DNA of 64,000 nucleotides from an uncultured Vampirovibrio sp. (GTDB lineage Bacteria; Cyanobacteriota; Vampirovibrionia; Gastranaerophilales; Gastranaerophilaceae): NCBI GenBank assembly GCA_910583875.1, contig CAJTXT010000005.1, positions 72,104 to 136,103 of the forward strand, read 5' to 3'. Shown piece by piece: positions 63,322 to 64,000 of this stretch (position 1 is its first letter; each line of letters starts with the position of its first letter). The notes under the pieces were generated by a model. It saw only the letters and a program-made list of their open reading frames with translations, ran no database searches and was not told where the DNA came from. The position numbers and the translations under genes were made by a program.

Positions 63322-64000
63322 TTAAGCTTCAAGCTCTTTAATCTTAGCAATAATACTATCTAAAGCTTCACCGGCTTTATCATTATCAACCTGACAAGTA
63401 CCGGCATTCATATGTCCGCCGCCAGCATATTCATACATCATTGCACCAACATCTATAGGGCAAGAGCGGTTTACAATTGATTTACCAACCGCAAAAACAG
63501 TATTTTGATTTTGCTTACCATTAAATATATGAACAGAAATATTGCATTCTGGGAACAAAGCATAAACCATAAATCTGTTACCAACATGAATAACTTCTTC
63601 ATTACGTACATCAAGAATTGCAATATTACCGTCTACTCGTGTACATCTTTTTATCTGTTCTTTAAAGTTTTCTTGTTCTTTATAGTACAAATCAACTCTT
63701 TCACGAATATCAGGGTCTTCCATAATTTCTGTAATTGATTTTTGTGAGCATAAATCAACTAATTTCATCATTAAATTATAATTAGAAATATTAAAATGTC
63801 TGAAACGACCTAAACCTGTTCTTGGGTCCATTAAATAATTCAAGAAAACCCAGCCTTGAGGGTCTAAAACATCTTCCTTATTAAAATTTGTACAGTCAGC
63901 TTTATCAACAGCTTCCATTAAATCATAAAGGTGAGAAGAAAATCTGTCTTCACCGCCAAAATATTCATAAATAATTCTTGCAGATGATGGAGCAGCAGGC
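63322..64000 (-). CDS. DHH/DHHA1-family phosphoesterase (NrnA-like); 5' end beyond the right edge
   Basis: C-terminal 'YEYAGGGHMNAGTCQV' (GGGH DHHA1 motif). The reading frame stays open upstream of the ORF-track Met to the window end. Confidence 0.55.
   Translation of the reverse strand, partial: PAAPSSARIIYEYFGGEDRFSSHLYDLMEAVDKADCTNFNKEDVLDPQGWVFLNYLMDPRTGLGRFRHFNISNYNLMMKLVDLCSQKSITEIMEDPDIRERVDLYYKEQENFKEQIKRCTRVDGNIAILDVRNEEVIHVGNRFMVYALFPECNISVHIFNGKQNQNTVFAVGKSIVNRSCPIDVGAMMYEYAGGGHMNAGTCQVDNDKAGEALDSIIAKIKELEA

Noticed and set aside
63073-63341. Three overlapping ORFs (63073-63273 minus, 63078-63341 plus, 63092-63289 plus)
   Set aside because: All three lie entirely within the two family-2 palindromic repeats. 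The mirror-image peptides on both strands are the signature of translating an inverted repeat.

Overview
AT-rich bacterial chromosome segment, roughly 30% GC by eye. The lineage cannot be fixed from sequence alone. The gene content (SLH-domain envelope protein, PilM/N/O plus PilD, SecDF) fits a low-GC diderm such as a Melainabacteria-like, Negativicutes-like or Fusobacteria-like organism. The housekeeping backbone includes rsfS, rpoD, rlmB, secDF, recA, an SNF2/SWIM helicase, cdsA, prs, an M16 peptidase, a PilZ / histidine kinase / HD-GYP module, proS, murA, cdd, a group-3 sigma factor and pilD. Four things interrupt it. (1) An accessory island of about 12.5 kb lies 3' of a tRNA-Met(CAT) gene (22.4-34.9 kb). 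On the minus strand it carries an operon of a WYL regulator, an AAA+ ATPase with a PD-(D/E)xK tail, a BcgI-like Type IIB R-M pair and a 570-aa orphan. A five-gene cassette of unknown function is transcribed divergently from it; it includes an HNH nuclease, a Cys-repeat lipoprotein and a DUF4258-like small basic protein. (2) At least six unrelated proteins share an N-terminal leader, 'M-[KR]-I-[SN]..., polar linker, F-x-G'. (3) Three interspersed repeat families are present: a double-hairpin MITE, a 51-nt element nested site-specifically in that MITE's hairpin loops, and a conserved 30-nt core held between locus-specific perfect inverted arms of 31-37 bp. (4) Two poly-G tracts (G9, G10) bracket a tandem pair of protein-kinase-like genes. 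No rRNA genes, CRISPR array, integrase or transposase were seen.
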